Made by a program: the position numbers and the translations under genes. A stretch of DNA of 64,000 nt from the human T2T-CHM13v2.0 reference genome, Homo sapiens: assembly GCF_009914755.1 (NCBI RefSeq), contig NC_060944.1; one strand, 5' to 3'. Every line of letters starts with the position of its first letter. Position 1 is the stretch's first letter. This document shows positions 12,085-26,084 of this stretch, one piece after another. Below the pieces are notes generated by a model. It saw only the letters and a list, made by a program, of their open reading frames with translations. It made no database searches and had not been told where the DNA came from.

Positions 12085-15000
12085 ATCATGTGGGCCAATT
12101 TCATATAATAGGTCTCTTTCTATAGATACATATTATATTGGTTCTGTTTCTCTGGTGAACCATGATTGATTTAAAAAAATTGTTACCAAGAATTGAACAG
12201 AATCTTAAAGATAAATTTTCTAAATTGATTCTAGGGTTTCTGGAATTGGCTGTCTAATTTGATTAAATAAGACACTAATGTCTCTATGTCAGGTAGTAAA
12301 AAGAGGACTGATAGTCCATGGTGTGTTCTGGCAATAGAGATAGGCACAATATCATCATTGGATACTTCTAATCAAACACACATAAGAAGCAAAGGTCTGA
12401 CTGTGTGTATAATACTTTCAAACATTTTTGTCAAACTAACAAGTATGGTGAGCACTTCTTGGATGCTTTCTTCTAATATCACTGGACATAGTTGGAAAAT
12501 AAAAGGGTGCTCTCACTTTAACAGTAGATATTCTACAAGGCTAGAAATTCAATCTCTATTGTTAATTAGCCACTTGCAGGATAAGATTTTGGGTTTCGTT
12601 TTCAGCAATCTCAGCCTTGCGGCTACATGAGATAAACTATCAGAACAGACATAGATGCTTTCAAGTATTTCATGCAGAACTTGACCTGAAATTTTGAATC
12701 CCTGAGTTCTTGAACATATCCTGTAGCTATTTTTCCAGTTCTAGTTTACACAAGTGTAACACTCATCAGTTGGCAAAATCCTCACATTCGTTACCTGACC
12801 TATGGGGTGAGGGAAAAATTATAATGAAGAAGGCCAAGTGGAAGCCACTAGAATGGTTTCTACCTAGAAAAATAGTAAAGCAAAAGCAAGACTACATTCT
12901 AGAGGAATTTAAATAATTAGCACCACCATCAAGGACTTCAAAAATGCAGGGGCATTAATTTTCACTGCATCTCCAACTCACCTATTTGGCCAGTGCATAA
13001 GACAGATCTTGGAGAATGGCAGTGGATTATTTTAAGCTTAATTAGATGTTGACTCCAATTGCAGCTTCTGTACCAGATGTGATTTCACTACTTAAGGAAA
13101 TTAACACATCCTGAGGTACCTGGTATGCTGCTATTGATCTGGCAAATGTATTTATGTCCATCCCTGCAAATAAAGACCACCAGAAGCAGTTTGCATTTAG
13201 CTCCTGAGGCTAGCAATACATCTTCACTGTCCTACCTCAGGGGTGTATCAACTCTGCAGCCCTATGTCATCATTTAGTTCACAGGGACTTTGGTTACCTT
13301 TCCATTTCACAAGATATCACTCTGGTCCAATACATTGATAATATTATACTGATTGGAACTAGTGAGCAAGAGGTAACAATTATTCTAGACTTATTGAAAA
13401 GACATTTGCATGCCAGAGGGTTGGAAATAAATTTAACAAAAATTCAGGGGCCTCATACCTTAGTAGAATTTTTAGGAGTTCATTGATGTAGGATATGTTG
13501 AGATTTTCCTTCTAATGTGAAAGATAAGTTGTTGCATCTGGCCCCTCCTATAACTCAAAAGAAGGCACAAAGCATACCGAGCTTCTTTGAATTTGGGAGG
13601 GTGACACATTCCTCATTTGGGTGCACTACCCCAGCCTATTTACTGAATCATCTTAAAAGCTACTAGTTTTCAGTGGGGCTCTGAACAAAAGAAGACTCTG
13701 CAATAGGTACAGGCTGCTGTGCAAATTGGTCTGCCAATTGGGCCATATGATTCAGCAGATCCAATATTACTTGAAGTGACCTTGGCACATAGGGATGCTG
13801 TTTGGAGCCTTTGACAGTCTCCTACATATGAATTACAGTGTAGGCCTTAGGATTTTGAAGCAAAGCCTGGCCATCCTTTGTGGATAACTACTTCCTTTGA
13901 GAATCAGGATGTGGACTGCTACTGGGCCTTAGCAGAAAATAAGCCATGGGTCACTAAGTTATTGTGCAACCTGAGCAGCCCATAATGAGCTGGGTGTCAT
14001 CTTACCCACCAAGCCATAAAGTTGGGCAAGCAAACAACACTGTCATCAAATGGAAGTGCTGTCTGCATGAGACCAACCCAGGCAGGCCCTGAAGGCACAA
14101 GTATGTAACAGGAAGAAGTCCCCGAAATGACCATGTTTTCTACTCCTGCTGCACTGCGTTCTCTCTCCCAGCCTACATTTATGGCCTAATTGGGAGTTTC
14201 CAGGATCAGTCGACAGATGAAGAGAAGTCTTGGGCCTGGTTTACAGACAGTTCTGCATGCTATACACGCAATGCCTGAAAGTGGAATGCCGCAGCCCTAC
14301 AGCCTTTTCCTGAAATACCCTTGAAGGGCAGTGGTGAAGGAAAATCTTTCCAATGGGCAGAACTCTAGGCAGTGTACCTGGTTGTGCACTTTGCTTGGAA
14401 GGAGAAGTGGCCAGATGTGTGATTGCATACTGATTCATGGGCTGCAGCCAGAGGTTTGGTGGATGGTCAGGAACTTGGAAGGAGCATGAATGGAAAATAT
14501 GTGACAAGGAAATTGGGAAAGAGTATATGGATAGACCTCTATGAATGGGCACAAAGACATTTGTGTCCCAAGTGAATGCTTTCCAAAGGACGACTTCAGC
14601 TAACAATTTTAATAAATGTGATAGGATAACTTTAATAAATGGAGTAGGATAACTTTCTCTGTACATACCAGTCAGCCTCTTTTTTTAGCCATCCCTGTCA
14701 TCACCCAATGAGCTCAGGAATAAAGTGGCTATGGTGGCAGGGAGGGATGTTATGCATGGGATCAGCAACATGGACTTCCACTCACCATGGCTGACCTCCT
14801 CACAGCTACTACTGAGTTTGTAATCTGCCAGGAGCAGGGAGAGACCAACACTGAGCCCCTAATAAGGCGTCATTCTCTGGGGTGATCAGTCAGATACCTC
14901 GTGGCAGGTAGATTACATTGGACCGCTTCTGTCAACAAAAGGGTGGTATTTTATACTTAATGGAATAGACACTTAGTTTGGATAGGGATCTGTTTCCCTG

Positions 15001-15620
15001 AATACAGTACTTCAGGCAAAACTGTCATTTATGGAATTACAGAATGCCTTATCCACCATCATGATATTCCACACAACATTGCTTCTAATCAAGGAACTCA
15101 CTTCACAACCAATGAAGTGTGGCCAAGGACCCACGCTCATGGAAATTGCCATCCTGAAGCAGCTATGTTATAGAACCTTGAAATCGTCTTTTGAAGATTG
15201 GTTACCATGCCAGTTAGGCGGGAATACCTTTCAGGGCTGGAACAAGGTTCTTCAAGAGGCTGTATATGCTCTGAATTGGCATTCAATAAAAGGTGCTGTA
15301 TCTTCCATAGCCAAGATTCACAGGTCCAGGAATTCAGGGGTGGGGGTAGAAGAGGTGCCATTCACTATTATCCCTAGTGACCCACCAGCAAAATGTTTGC
15401 TTCCTGTTCCTACGACCTTATTCTCTGCAGGCCCAGGTGGCTTAGTGCCAAGGAGAAGAATATTTCCACTGGGAGACACAATGGTATTTCCCCTGAACTG
15501 AAAGTTAGGACTACTTAACTTTGGGGACCTCAGGCCCCTGTATCAATAGGAAATATGATAGTTACTGTACTAACTGAAGTGATTGATCCTTACTACCAAG
15601 AAGAAATTGGTAGTAGAGAT
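12085..15620 (+). mobile_element. ERVL (HERV-L/ERVL-B4-like) provirus remnant: MLT2 LTR 3' end, gag start, pol, dUTPase start; no 3' LTR
   Basis: MLT2 end 'attggttctgtttctctggtgaac'; degenerate PBS ~12180; ERVL gene order pol then dUTPase. Confidence 0.9.
12715..15600 (+). pseudogene. Decayed ERVL pro/pol (RT, RNase H, integrase) and dUTPase
   Basis: RT motifs SWRMAVDY, WYAAIDLAN and LVQYIDNI (YIDD site at ~13330); RNase H AWFTD at ~14235; integrase WQVDYIGPL at ~14902; dUTPase-like 'FPLGDTMVFPLN' at end of ORF 15031..15501; many stops and frameshifts. Confidence 0.9.
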
Positions 15621-15649
15621 CAATCACTCCTACCAAGGAGGGCTGTTTA

Positions 15650-16800
15650 AGTTATATTTTTCTGTTGGTATTCTGTTGTTCATAGTTTTCCATTATAATC
15701 TTTTTTATTTCTGTAAGGTCAGTAATGATATCCTCTCTTTCATTCTTGAATTAATTAATATGTGACTTGTCTAGTTAAAACTTGGTCAAATGTGTTGATT
15801 TTGTCAAAGCACCAACTGTTGCTTTGTTTATTTTCTATATTTTTAATTTTATTGATTCATGCTCTAATCCCTATTGTTTCCTTCCTTTTGTTTGCTTTGT
15901 GTTTAGTTTGCTCTTCTTTTTACAGTATCTTAAGGTGTTCTTTGATTTGAATTTTTTCTTCTTTTTAATATAGGAATTATACATAAATTTCTCTCTAAGC
16001 ATGGCTTTAGCTTTTTCTTGTGAGGTCTGGTATACTACATCTTCATTTTCATTCATCTCTAAGTATTTTCTAATTTACCTTTTGATATCTTCTTTGACCC
16101 ATTTGTTGCTTAGAAGTGTGTTCTTTAATTTCCACATTTCTAAAAATTTACCTAATTGATTTCTAATTTCATTCTATTGTTGTTGGAGACTATATGTTAT
16201 AATATTTCAATCATTTAAAACTTTTTGGTGTTCTTTTAATGACCTAGCATGTGGTTTATCCTTGGAAATGTTCTTTGTGCACTTGAGAAGTATAGGTATT
16301 TTGCTGCCATTTGGTCAAATGTACTATATGTGTCTATCAGTTCCAGTTGATTTATAGTGTTTGAGTCTTCCATTTCCTTATCGATCTTCTACCAGGTTAT
16401 TCTACCCATTATAGAAAGAGGGGTATTGACATTTACAACTATTTTTTATTATGCATCTATCCCTTCAATTCAGAATTGTTGCTTTGTGTGTTTGGGGGCT
16501 CTGTTTTTAGGCTTATGTGTATTCCAATCATGATAGCTTCCTGGTAGATTTACATTTTCTCCTTTAAAAATATCTATCTTTATCTCTAATAATATTTTTG
16601 GTAAAAACATATTTTGCATGATATTAGTATAGCATCCCCATCTTTCGCGTACTTGGTGATTAGTTGATATATATTTTCCTACACTTTCCCCTTCATCTTA
16701 TTATATCATTTAGTCTTAAGTCTGTTGTCTGCAGATAGTGCTTAGTTGGACTTTTTTTTACTCTGATAGTGTATGTCTTTAATAAAATTTTAAATCTACA
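15650..16800 (-). mobile_element. L1M ORF2 5' (endonuclease) region
   Basis: ORF 15871..16056 'NENED..YQ...KAKAMLREKF' is L1 ORF2-like. Confidence 0.85.
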
Positions 16801-17799
16801 GAAAATAATATAATTGCCATAATATAGCTATATGGTAAGATACCCACCCTGGGAGGGTTTCTTTCTGAGTTGTGCCTTCCTGAGGGTTGGCACAATTTTA
16901 AACACCTAATTAGCAAGTCATCTGCCCTCACTTAAAAGGGGACGTTTTATGAAAGATGGCCAGGATGAGAATGTATCCTCTCTCAGTAAAGGTACTAATT
17001 AATGCATGTAGAGCTTACAGCTAGGCAGGGAATGGTTTCTATTCTTTTTCTGGTGTAATAGTTGACCAGGACTGAACCTTTCTCCATTAAACAATTGACT
17101 GTCCCCACCTCCCAAAAAGAGAATTTTTTTAGTCTGGTGTTCAGTGACATTTGAAGGGCCCATAATAAGCTCCAGTTTGACTAAATGTGATCACCAAAAT
17201 GGCACTTTGTCTTCTCTGGCTCTCAAACACACACAGAGTTTTAATAGGCAGATGTATATCTATTAGGGTATTTCAAAAGAAGCCCTTTGAGTCCTAAGGA
17301 AACAGGTAACTACTTACATATTTCTGTAAACTCCTTTGCACTGATGTCCAGCCTCAATTCCCTGCTAACTGTAATTTAAATACAATTTATGATTCAAGTC
17401 AAAATCCTGATTGCATTTAGTTTGCTAGTGACAGAATCAATCCATTTTGGTCAGAAAAAAATGATGCATCTGCTGTCAGACTTCCAGTCTCTGAGACATT
17501 GAGGCTTCCTAGAGCCATCTCTCTGCATTTTAGAGTGGTCTGCCTTTCTTTCTCCACTGATATTTCACAACGAGCAGCATTAAACATCATCTCACCTACT
17601 CAGAGGTCAGGGGCAGTATATTCTGATATATCATCCAGAGATAGCCAAGCAGAATGACTTCATCAACAACAGAACAGCTTCTTTACGAGGAGGATAGGAC
17701 AAGCATAGAGACGTGTTGTTTAGTTTGCGGTAAAGTAGGCTTTTCACACATTGGTACTATTGTACAATGTGCTGCTAACCAGGATAAAAGTACTTACAT

Positions 17800-18100
<301 letters not shown>

Positions 18101-19054
18101 CTCACACAGAGAATAATAACAGCAGGCAGGTGTGTGGTACTGTAGCTATTAGGTGCATGTAGATGGCCCTATCAAATATTTTTAGAAGATTCGTTCCTTA
18201 TAAACGACCACTCATTCAATTTTTACATAATTTGCTAATCTCACACATCGCTAATTCAAAAACCAACTTTCTTTTAGAACTTTTAAATATCATAATGAGT
18301 TTAAACCAACACAATTTGGCACAATGCATAGACCTGAAATGGTGAAGTACACACTACCTTCCCTTTAAATAAGGTAAAGCTGCCATATCACTCAGGTAAA
18401 CTATTAGTGTTCATGGCAAACACTTGGGGAAAAACACTGTCACTCAGATGACAGACCTTCACTTTCCTCTGTCCACACTCGTCTAGCAATCTGCAATCAG
18501 CTGTGGATCTCACTGTCAGTGAAAAACTCCAGACTCTCCCATCATCTGCCTGCCTGTCAGTTAGTCTTGTCTGGTGGGGCCATCACAGGTATTGAGAGGA
18601 CTGGCTGAGACTCACAGACAACTACAAAGAGAGTCAGACACAGAGACCAGTACGTGCAATGCACAATCCCAAGTGAAGATACACAAGGATCTGTTTCTCA
18701 AATGCAGCCCAAGCCAGTGAGTGTCTTTGTATGCTGGCCCTTGTGCCAGGCACTGCTTACCTGCTCAATGTCTCACAACAGCCAGCAAGGTGAGATGCAT
18801 CCTTCTTTCTCAGAAAACCATGATCTTACAAATAAGTTCCTGGGAGAAGGGAATGGAAGGAACTGGTTTGGAGAGGTCTTCTGGCACCAAAGCCTGTCTG
18901 TCCTTCTATTAGCAACCACCTGCCGTGCTGCAACACTGGAGCCTGAGCACAGCAGTCTAACTCTAGAACCCGGGGCTTTAGCCACCAGATGGACTGCAGC
19001 TCTCCCGCAGGACATAGAAGCCTGGCTTCCCCAAATAGGAGGCGGGAACTGAAT

Positions 19055-19480
19055 CAGTCAGGATTGGTTCAGTTACAAAGGACAGGCAGATTTATCAGAG
19101 GCTCAAACAAGGCATAAGTGTGTTCCACTCTCACATGAACGTCCAGAAGTCTGAGACAGCCATGACCCTCCACTGTGCCAGCTACCCACCTTCCCTATCC
19201 TGTTTCTCTGCTGAGCATGACCTCAAATTTATGGCCTATGGCAGCCCTTTTATTTTCCAGGCAGTAGGATTAAGGGGAGAAGGAACATGGTAGAAAAATC
19301 ACAAAGGCGCTCATCAGCTGTGTCTTCGGGGAGGCCTTGAATGCTGTTGCATTCCTGTGCTTTTATATCCCTGGACACGCCTGAGTGCAAGGGAGGCTGG
19401 GAAGTGTAGTCTTCCTTCCAGATGGCCAGGGGCTGCTACAAGCTGTAATACGACAGGAAAAATGGAGAATGGATAGTGAG
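19055..19480 (-). mobile_element. Old MLT1 (J/K-like) LTR
   Basis: 'tgcaagggaggctgggaagtgtagtctt' is the reverse of a conserved MLT1 motif. Confidence 0.6.
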
Positions 19481-20160
19481 GCGTGATCAGCAGGCTCTTC
19501 CATGACAACCAGCAGGTAGGGTGGATCTCTACTTGCAACTGTAAGAGACTCTGCAGAAGACACACCTTCCCGTCCTCTGCCTTATGGACTGTGAAACTGT
19601 CTTTATGTATACGGCCATCTGTTTAACTGTTACCTGGTCTGTGCAATGAATAACAGTGACTTCTTTCTGAATAATAGGGAAAATAGAGGGATGGGAGGAG
19701 GGTAGGAGGTTCGTGGGCTTTGGGCCAAATTGCTTGGGGGCTGCTGTCTTTTCGATAGTATTGGTGGTCAGTTTGGTTGAGAACTTGTACCACATGGAAG
19801 TTGAAGTCTGGAATTCATTTGTTTCCTAGAGATAGAGAAAAGGAAGTAAACGAGTAGAATACATCCAGCCACTCACAAATTTGGGGACCAAGCTGTCCAC
19901 TGCCTAGCCCTCCCCTTCTCTAAGAGTAGGAGGCAAATGAGAGCCCAAGAGACTCTTGGATGAGGGCCCAACTGGGTAGTTAAAGGAAATATTTACATCA
20001 GCAGACACATTCCTTGCCTTAAAACAAGCATCCCAGAGGAAAACTGGTCCCCTCCTCAGTCTTCCCTTCAATAGCTGATTAGACAAGAAGCCCTGGGTAC
20101 TTGGGCCAGGTCACCCACCTCGGATTCCCTTGGGTGCCGGTGTCCTAGGAGACAGTCCAT

Positions 20161-20459
20161 TGCTGGCCGTGGTGGCTCAAGCCTGTAATCCCAGCACTTT
20201 GGGAGGCCAAGGTGGGCAGATCACAAGGTCAGGAGTTTGAGACCAGCCTGGCTAATATGGTGAAACCCCGTCTCTAATAAAAATACAAAAATTGGCCGCA
20301 TGTGGTGGTGGGCACCTGTAATCCTAGCTACTCAGGTGGCTGAGGCAGGCGAATCCCTTGAAACCAGAAGGCGGAGGTTTCAGTGAGCTGAGATCGTGCT
20401 ACTGCCCTCCAGCCTGGGTGAAAGAGCAAAACTCTGTCTCAAAAATAAATAAATAAATA
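20161..20459 (+). mobile_element. AluS (Sg-like), full length
   Basis: 'gatcacaaggtcaggagtttgagaccagcctggctaatatgg'; (AAAT)n tail. Confidence 0.95.
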
Positions 20460-20544
20460 CAGTATGCCTCAAAACGCAGTGGGCCACTTCTCCACTGACC
20501 TGCAGAGCAAGGAATTCTTGCTTCAATATGGATGCCTTAATATA

Positions 20545-20872
20545 CAATTAAGTATCATTTAACGATGGGAATAAGCTCTGAGAAATGCATTGCTAGGCAG
20601 TTTTGTCATTGTGCAGACATCATAGAGTGACTTGCACAAACCTACATGGTTAGTCTGCTACACACATAGGCTATGTGGTAGAGCCTATTGCTCCCAGGCT
20701 ACAAACCTGTACAGCATGATACTGTACTGAATACTGCAGCAACTGGAACATAGTGGTAAGTATTCGTGTATCTAAACATTAAAAAGTACAGTAGAAATAT
20801 GGTATGACCTTATGGGATCACTGTCATTTACGCAGTTTATCACTGGCCAACATATCACGTGGAACGTAACTG
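20545..20872 (+). mobile_element. Tigger3a/MER7A DNA transposon
   Basis: 'gcctattgctcccaggctacaaacctgtacagcatgatactgtactgaatactg'; ~330 bp. Confidence 0.85.
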
Positions 20873-22311
20873 AAAACATTCCAGACCCTCACTGCTGAGT
20901 GGGATTTATTTAAAGCAAGAACTGGGTCATGAAGAATCTGTTTCTGTCCATCCCAGTGAACAGTTACCAAACCCCCAGACAATATTGTTGTAAGTGGTGG
21001 CAGTTGATTCCTGTGGGTTCAGTACGATCACAGGTAAAGAATGTCTACGCACTTTACACATCTAGAAGCAGTAGACAAAATTTCACAGGGAAAGCTAGAA
21101 ATCTTATCTTACTCAAACTACACAATGCCTCATTTTCCCACCATAGGGCCTGCTGAATCATTCCTGCTCCTGTGGAGATGAGTTTGGAGTTTTATGCTAA
21201 CATCATCTCTGCTTCACTTTTTCTCCGTGGCGAGTAATTTGAAGGGGATCACTGACCGTGCCATGGCACACAAAAGCACAACTTCAGAAACAAGATGTGG
21301 CTCGGGGACAACTTAGAGGTTATTTGAGACGCTGCAGGTTTTCAGCAGGTGCTTCCAATCCATGGACTTGGAGAAGAATGTCAGCTAATGGCTGCCACTG
21401 TGCTGCCAGGCTTCCATCCAGGGACTTTAGTAAAGTTCTGCTGAAAGAGATGTAAACCGGGAGTGGGATGGAGGCTGGATCCTGGAGTGTGAATATTTGA
21501 CCATCCTTTACCCCAGCAGCACCTCCACGCAAGGTTTTACATAGCAGTGGGTTTGTGTTCCCATCAAACTGGGCCTGGTCAGGGTCAAGCAAGCCCAAGC
21601 CTCTGCCCCCGCACGCTGAGTAGGGGGGCAGTACTCCTGAAGGTGTTCTCACCAGTTCAAGGCCTGCTCTGCATAGCCTGGGCACTGCCCAACCAGGAGG
21701 ATGTGTGTTTAGGAATGTTTCCCTGCAGAACTAGCTAAGTCTGGCTGTGCCTGGTTGAAGCCTCCTACATTCCAGAACATAAGCTGTGATCCCCAAATGA
21801 GCACGGTTGTCCTGCGAGAGATGTACTTTGCTCTAGTGGTCTGTGGAAGGGTAGAGATGCAACACCCTCTTGGTTAAAATGACAACTCACTTTAAGAGAC
21901 ACCGAAACTGTACAATCCATCCTGAAAGTCAGGTAAGTATCACCATCATACCTTGATTAATGACAACCCAGTTAAGCTTTGTCCTCCCATATCTTGTATG
22001 GCTCTCTGCAAAGGCTAAGGAAGGTTACATCTCAGAAAACCAGGAAATTTGAGTATGGATTTTGTCTTCAGTTTCTCATCCTCTAAGTTGGGTTCTAGCC
22101 TCTGGGACAAGACAGCCTATGGAAGAATAGCAATGACAGCCTTGGAGCACCAAGGTCTCCTGCAGGGACAGCCGTTCTGAGGCACCCTTCCCAGGAAGAA
22201 GACCTGCCTTGTTATTAATGCAAACCTTAAGAGAAAGCTTCTGTCAGCTTCTTAAATTGTGCAAGATTGTCCAGTTTGAGAAAATTAGCTTTACGGAAAA
22301 GGCAGGCAGTG

Positions 22312-22312
22312 T

Positions 22313-22344
<32 letters not shown>

Positions 22345-22612
22345 TTTTAGATGGAGTCTCACTCCATGCAGTGGTGCCATCTCCACTCACTGCAACCTCC
22401 ACCTCCCTAGTTCAAGCGATTCTGTGCCTCAGCCTCCCAAGTAGCTAGGATTACAGGTGTACACCACCACACCTGGCTAATTTTTGTATTTTTAGTAGAG
22501 ATGAGGTTTCACCATGTTGGCCAGGCTAGTCTCTAATCCTGACCTCAACTGATCTGTCCACCTCGGCCTCCCAAAGTGCTAGGATTGCAGGCATGAGCCA
22601 CTGTGCCTGGCT
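22312..22612 (-). mobile_element. AluSx-like with (ATTT)n tail and short internal deletion
   Basis: TSD ggcag(g/a)cagtg at ~22301 and ~22613; lacks the 'tgtcgcccaggctggag' segment. Confidence 0.93.
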
Positions 22613-25600
22613 GGCAGACAGTGCTTTTAAAAGGAAGCCAGGGATGCCCCCACCTGAGACATGGGAATCAGCTCTCTCCAGTCAACTTGCATGGCCCAGC
22701 ATGCTCCACTGGGGAACAGGCACAGTGACCTGGCACAGAGCACTGACTGTGTCCCAGGGCCCAGGTGCTCATCACACACCCAAGGGGAGGGCCACATCAT
22801 AAAGCATCCCCAAACCCAGATGGCCAATGCTTCCTCCACCCTCATCTTGAACTGCTCCTAATATTAGGCTGCTTCAGCTCAGCCTGTGTTATGCCAGGCG
22901 TCCCACCCAGAATGAGCCTTCTGGCTCCTGGGGCAGTTCTGAGACTGCCCCTTCCCCTTCCTGGCTCCACACTCTCTGTTTCCCCTCAGGGCCCCCTCCC
23001 GTTTTCATCAGCAGCCAAATGAGAAACAAAGGTGAGGTGGACGGTGGACTCAGATGCACTCTTGAATCACCTTCATTTTATTCTTAATACTTTCTGTGTG
23101 TTTTCTTGGCAGCTATTTAGGGCTATTGGGATGGAAAAAGTGGCCGTAAAGCAAGGTGGGACTCAGAAAATGCATCCTCCCTGTCTGTTGGCCCTTGATG
23201 GACATAACACAGCCCCCTTCCTTAGCTCTGTGCTTGCTCGGGGACCTGGGACCCTTCTATTTTCCACAAATCCACTCCCTCTACTTGAAGACATGCCTGG
23301 CTTGCAGGAATTCTAGAATGAACACAGATTAGACTCTGACCGAGTCCTCTGTGGCATGAGACTGGACACATACCCACACACCCAGCAGCGTGCGCAGCCA
23401 GGAGGCTGCAGCTGCTTCACATGCAATCTCACTGCAAGTCACTTTTCATCGTACAGCATGTGAGTTAGATGAGACATGTAAAAGCATCTTCAAAATATGG
23501 GCAGATTGGATCAATGGACCCCATTTAAAATAAATAATAAACTCCACCTCCAGACCTTTAATAGCTCATTTCAACAGATAAAAATGAGCTGCTAAGCAGG
23601 CTTTTTTTTCAGGGTAGCTCTCCTCCTTCAGAAATGAGGATCTTGAAAGCAGAGGCCAGCATCACAGCCACGCATGTTAATGAGTCCCTCAGGCAGATAG
23701 GAAATAATTCTGCAGGAGTTGGAGTTGATATTCAGGCTCCGTCTTTATTTTCTCTGACTGATGGGGCTCATTGCTGCTGTTTTCAGACTGAGGTCCCAGC
23801 TATTAGTTGATGGTGGGCTGTAAAGCATCAGCAAATATGCAGTGCTAAATAAGATGAGAAAAATCAATATTTGTTCCTACTACATTTGTTAGGTCTGCAT
23901 ATGAGTAATTTTAATTTTAAAAACATGCAGCTTTAATAGGGGAATAACCAAATACTGCACACTTGCTGATTTTGGACATAAGGATAGAGAGTAGACAAGC
24001 AGCTTCGGAATCCTGAATTATTTAAATACAAATGGCCCTTCTTTTCCTCTGATGAGTGTAGAATTAATGTCACAAAACAGACAAATGGGAAACTACAGAC
24101 CCATTATTAATAACAACAACAGCAGACTTTGAAACCAGAAAAGGTATGCATTGCACAGCTAAAGTGAATTTCAGGGAAGCTTTAGTTTTTGTACTTTTCT
24201 CTCAGTGCATCCCAGGAAGTTGGGTTAGTTTATCCGCTGCAGTGATGCAGGTGTGAGGACAAGGTGCCCAGCCCATTAGGGCCAAGAGGGAACATGAAAG
24301 AACCAGGACCAAGGCTTGAGGCAGCCTGGGGGAACCAAAGACAGTTGGTCGCCAAAGCCATAAACACCAAGAGGAGTAGATAAAGGAGGAGGTGAAGAAG
24401 TCAAAAACAGCCTAATTATTCTTGTCATCAAGGCATCCCAGAGTGCCCCCTGAGAAATGACATTAAGCGTCCTGTTGTCTGTGCTGAGAGTTGAAAGTTG
24501 CAGCCTTGTCCCAACCTCACTCTCAGGCAGACGCGGATCCTAGGGGCTTGGCAGATGTGAGAGCTCTCAGTGCCTTTGCTGTTTCTTTTTATCATCTGTA
24601 GAACTCACAGTCTGCAGGAGCCTTGAACTTTCTGCTGGGCTCTGGTTCTAATGAAAATACATCACAATAAAGACAAGACCATTAAATCAGCAAAGAGTGG
24701 ATGTACGGGACCGAGAAAGCTTGTTGACAGCCATGAGCTCAAGGGTTTAGTTAAGTCGGAACACATGAGGCTTCACTTCCTAGGGACATTGCTCTTCTCA
24801 GTCTGAAAGCTCAGCTCAGGTCTGGCCAGGGTCCTGGTGCTATGGTCCAAGGTGAGCTGATGACTTTGGCATCCTGTTGTGACATCTTTACATTCAAATT
24901 ACCAGAGATTGTGTTTCTAGTGAACTGCAAATCAGAAAAACTTTATCTCCAGGGCCTTGGAGTGAAAGAGAGGAGCAGAGGGCAGGGGAGGAGAGGGCGC
25001 TTAGTTGAAAGCAGAGCTTGGCGATCGCTTCCTCTTTCTGAGCTTTGATTGGAGCATTGCACCTCAACAAGAAATCACTCTGACTCTGATGGGCATTTGC
25101 TGGGTAACACTGCCAAGGCCATGCAGCAGGTGGCAGGAGAAGAGCTGTTCCAGGGACCTCACAAACGGGTGCAGATACAAGCAGGACTTTCCACAAGACC
25201 TTCTTTCAAATACAAGCACAGCCCTAGGGAGGCCCAAGTGTTCTTTCAGTTTGGCCTTGAAGTAGCAAGAATTTTGATGAGGAGAGAGGAGGTCTATTGG
25301 ACAAGAACCTTGTGAGATGGTTTGGTGGTGAGAGTGGGGAGGCAGGGGAAGTGCGCAGAGAGACCATCGCTTCCCTCTGCTCCTTGGTCCATGACACAAC
25401 ATCTATTTCTCAGAAGCTCTGGGCTGGTGACTTCTCTCCAGCTGTCTGGGGGCGTCTTGTGGAATGGGAAGGACCTCTGTGATTGGTGATCTGGTGAGCC
25501 TTTTCCCCATAGGGGCCAGGTGTGTGCCCTGGAAAGTCAGTGGGTTAAAGGTCATCATTTCCTCACAGCCTTTATGTCTAGGACTCTGTGTTCTATGAGG

Positions 25601-26084
25601 CTTAAGGCAGCTCAAATCTTCCATGAACCTCACCCCACAAGCAGGTGGTGGAAGGGTGTCCCTGACCCTACCTAACTTTGGTGTGAACTTCCATTTTTCT
25701 AAGAATGTTGAGCATTAAGTGGCAAGTACAGTGGAAAATTGTTCAGCATGGGTGGCAGCAGGGTAGCTGGGAGGACAACCCTAGACAGAATTGGAAAGTA
25801 AACATCGCCCATGTTCCAGGATGGATCTCCATGTCTTGGAGCAAATTTAAAACTTTTCCACTTGGGAGGGGGGTGTTAGGAAGAAGCTAGTTGTTTCCAA
25901 AAGACAAAGCTCATGGTAGTGTGGCGATACACTCAGGGGTGGTGTCAGGCCTCCAGACACAGAGTGCTCAACTGCCAAGAAGGCAGGTACAGGCAAAGAA
26001 AGATGGTGGCTCCAGGTGTGAATCTGCAGATTAAGAGTCCTGGGGTCGGAGAGGACCCAGTAGCAAAGCAAATTTGATGCATTT

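Noticed and set aside
15031-15501. 156-aa ORF as a domesticated retroviral gene
   Set aside because: Chimeric frame of decayed integrase and dUTPase; the surrounding pol has many stops and the RT YIDD motif is mutated.
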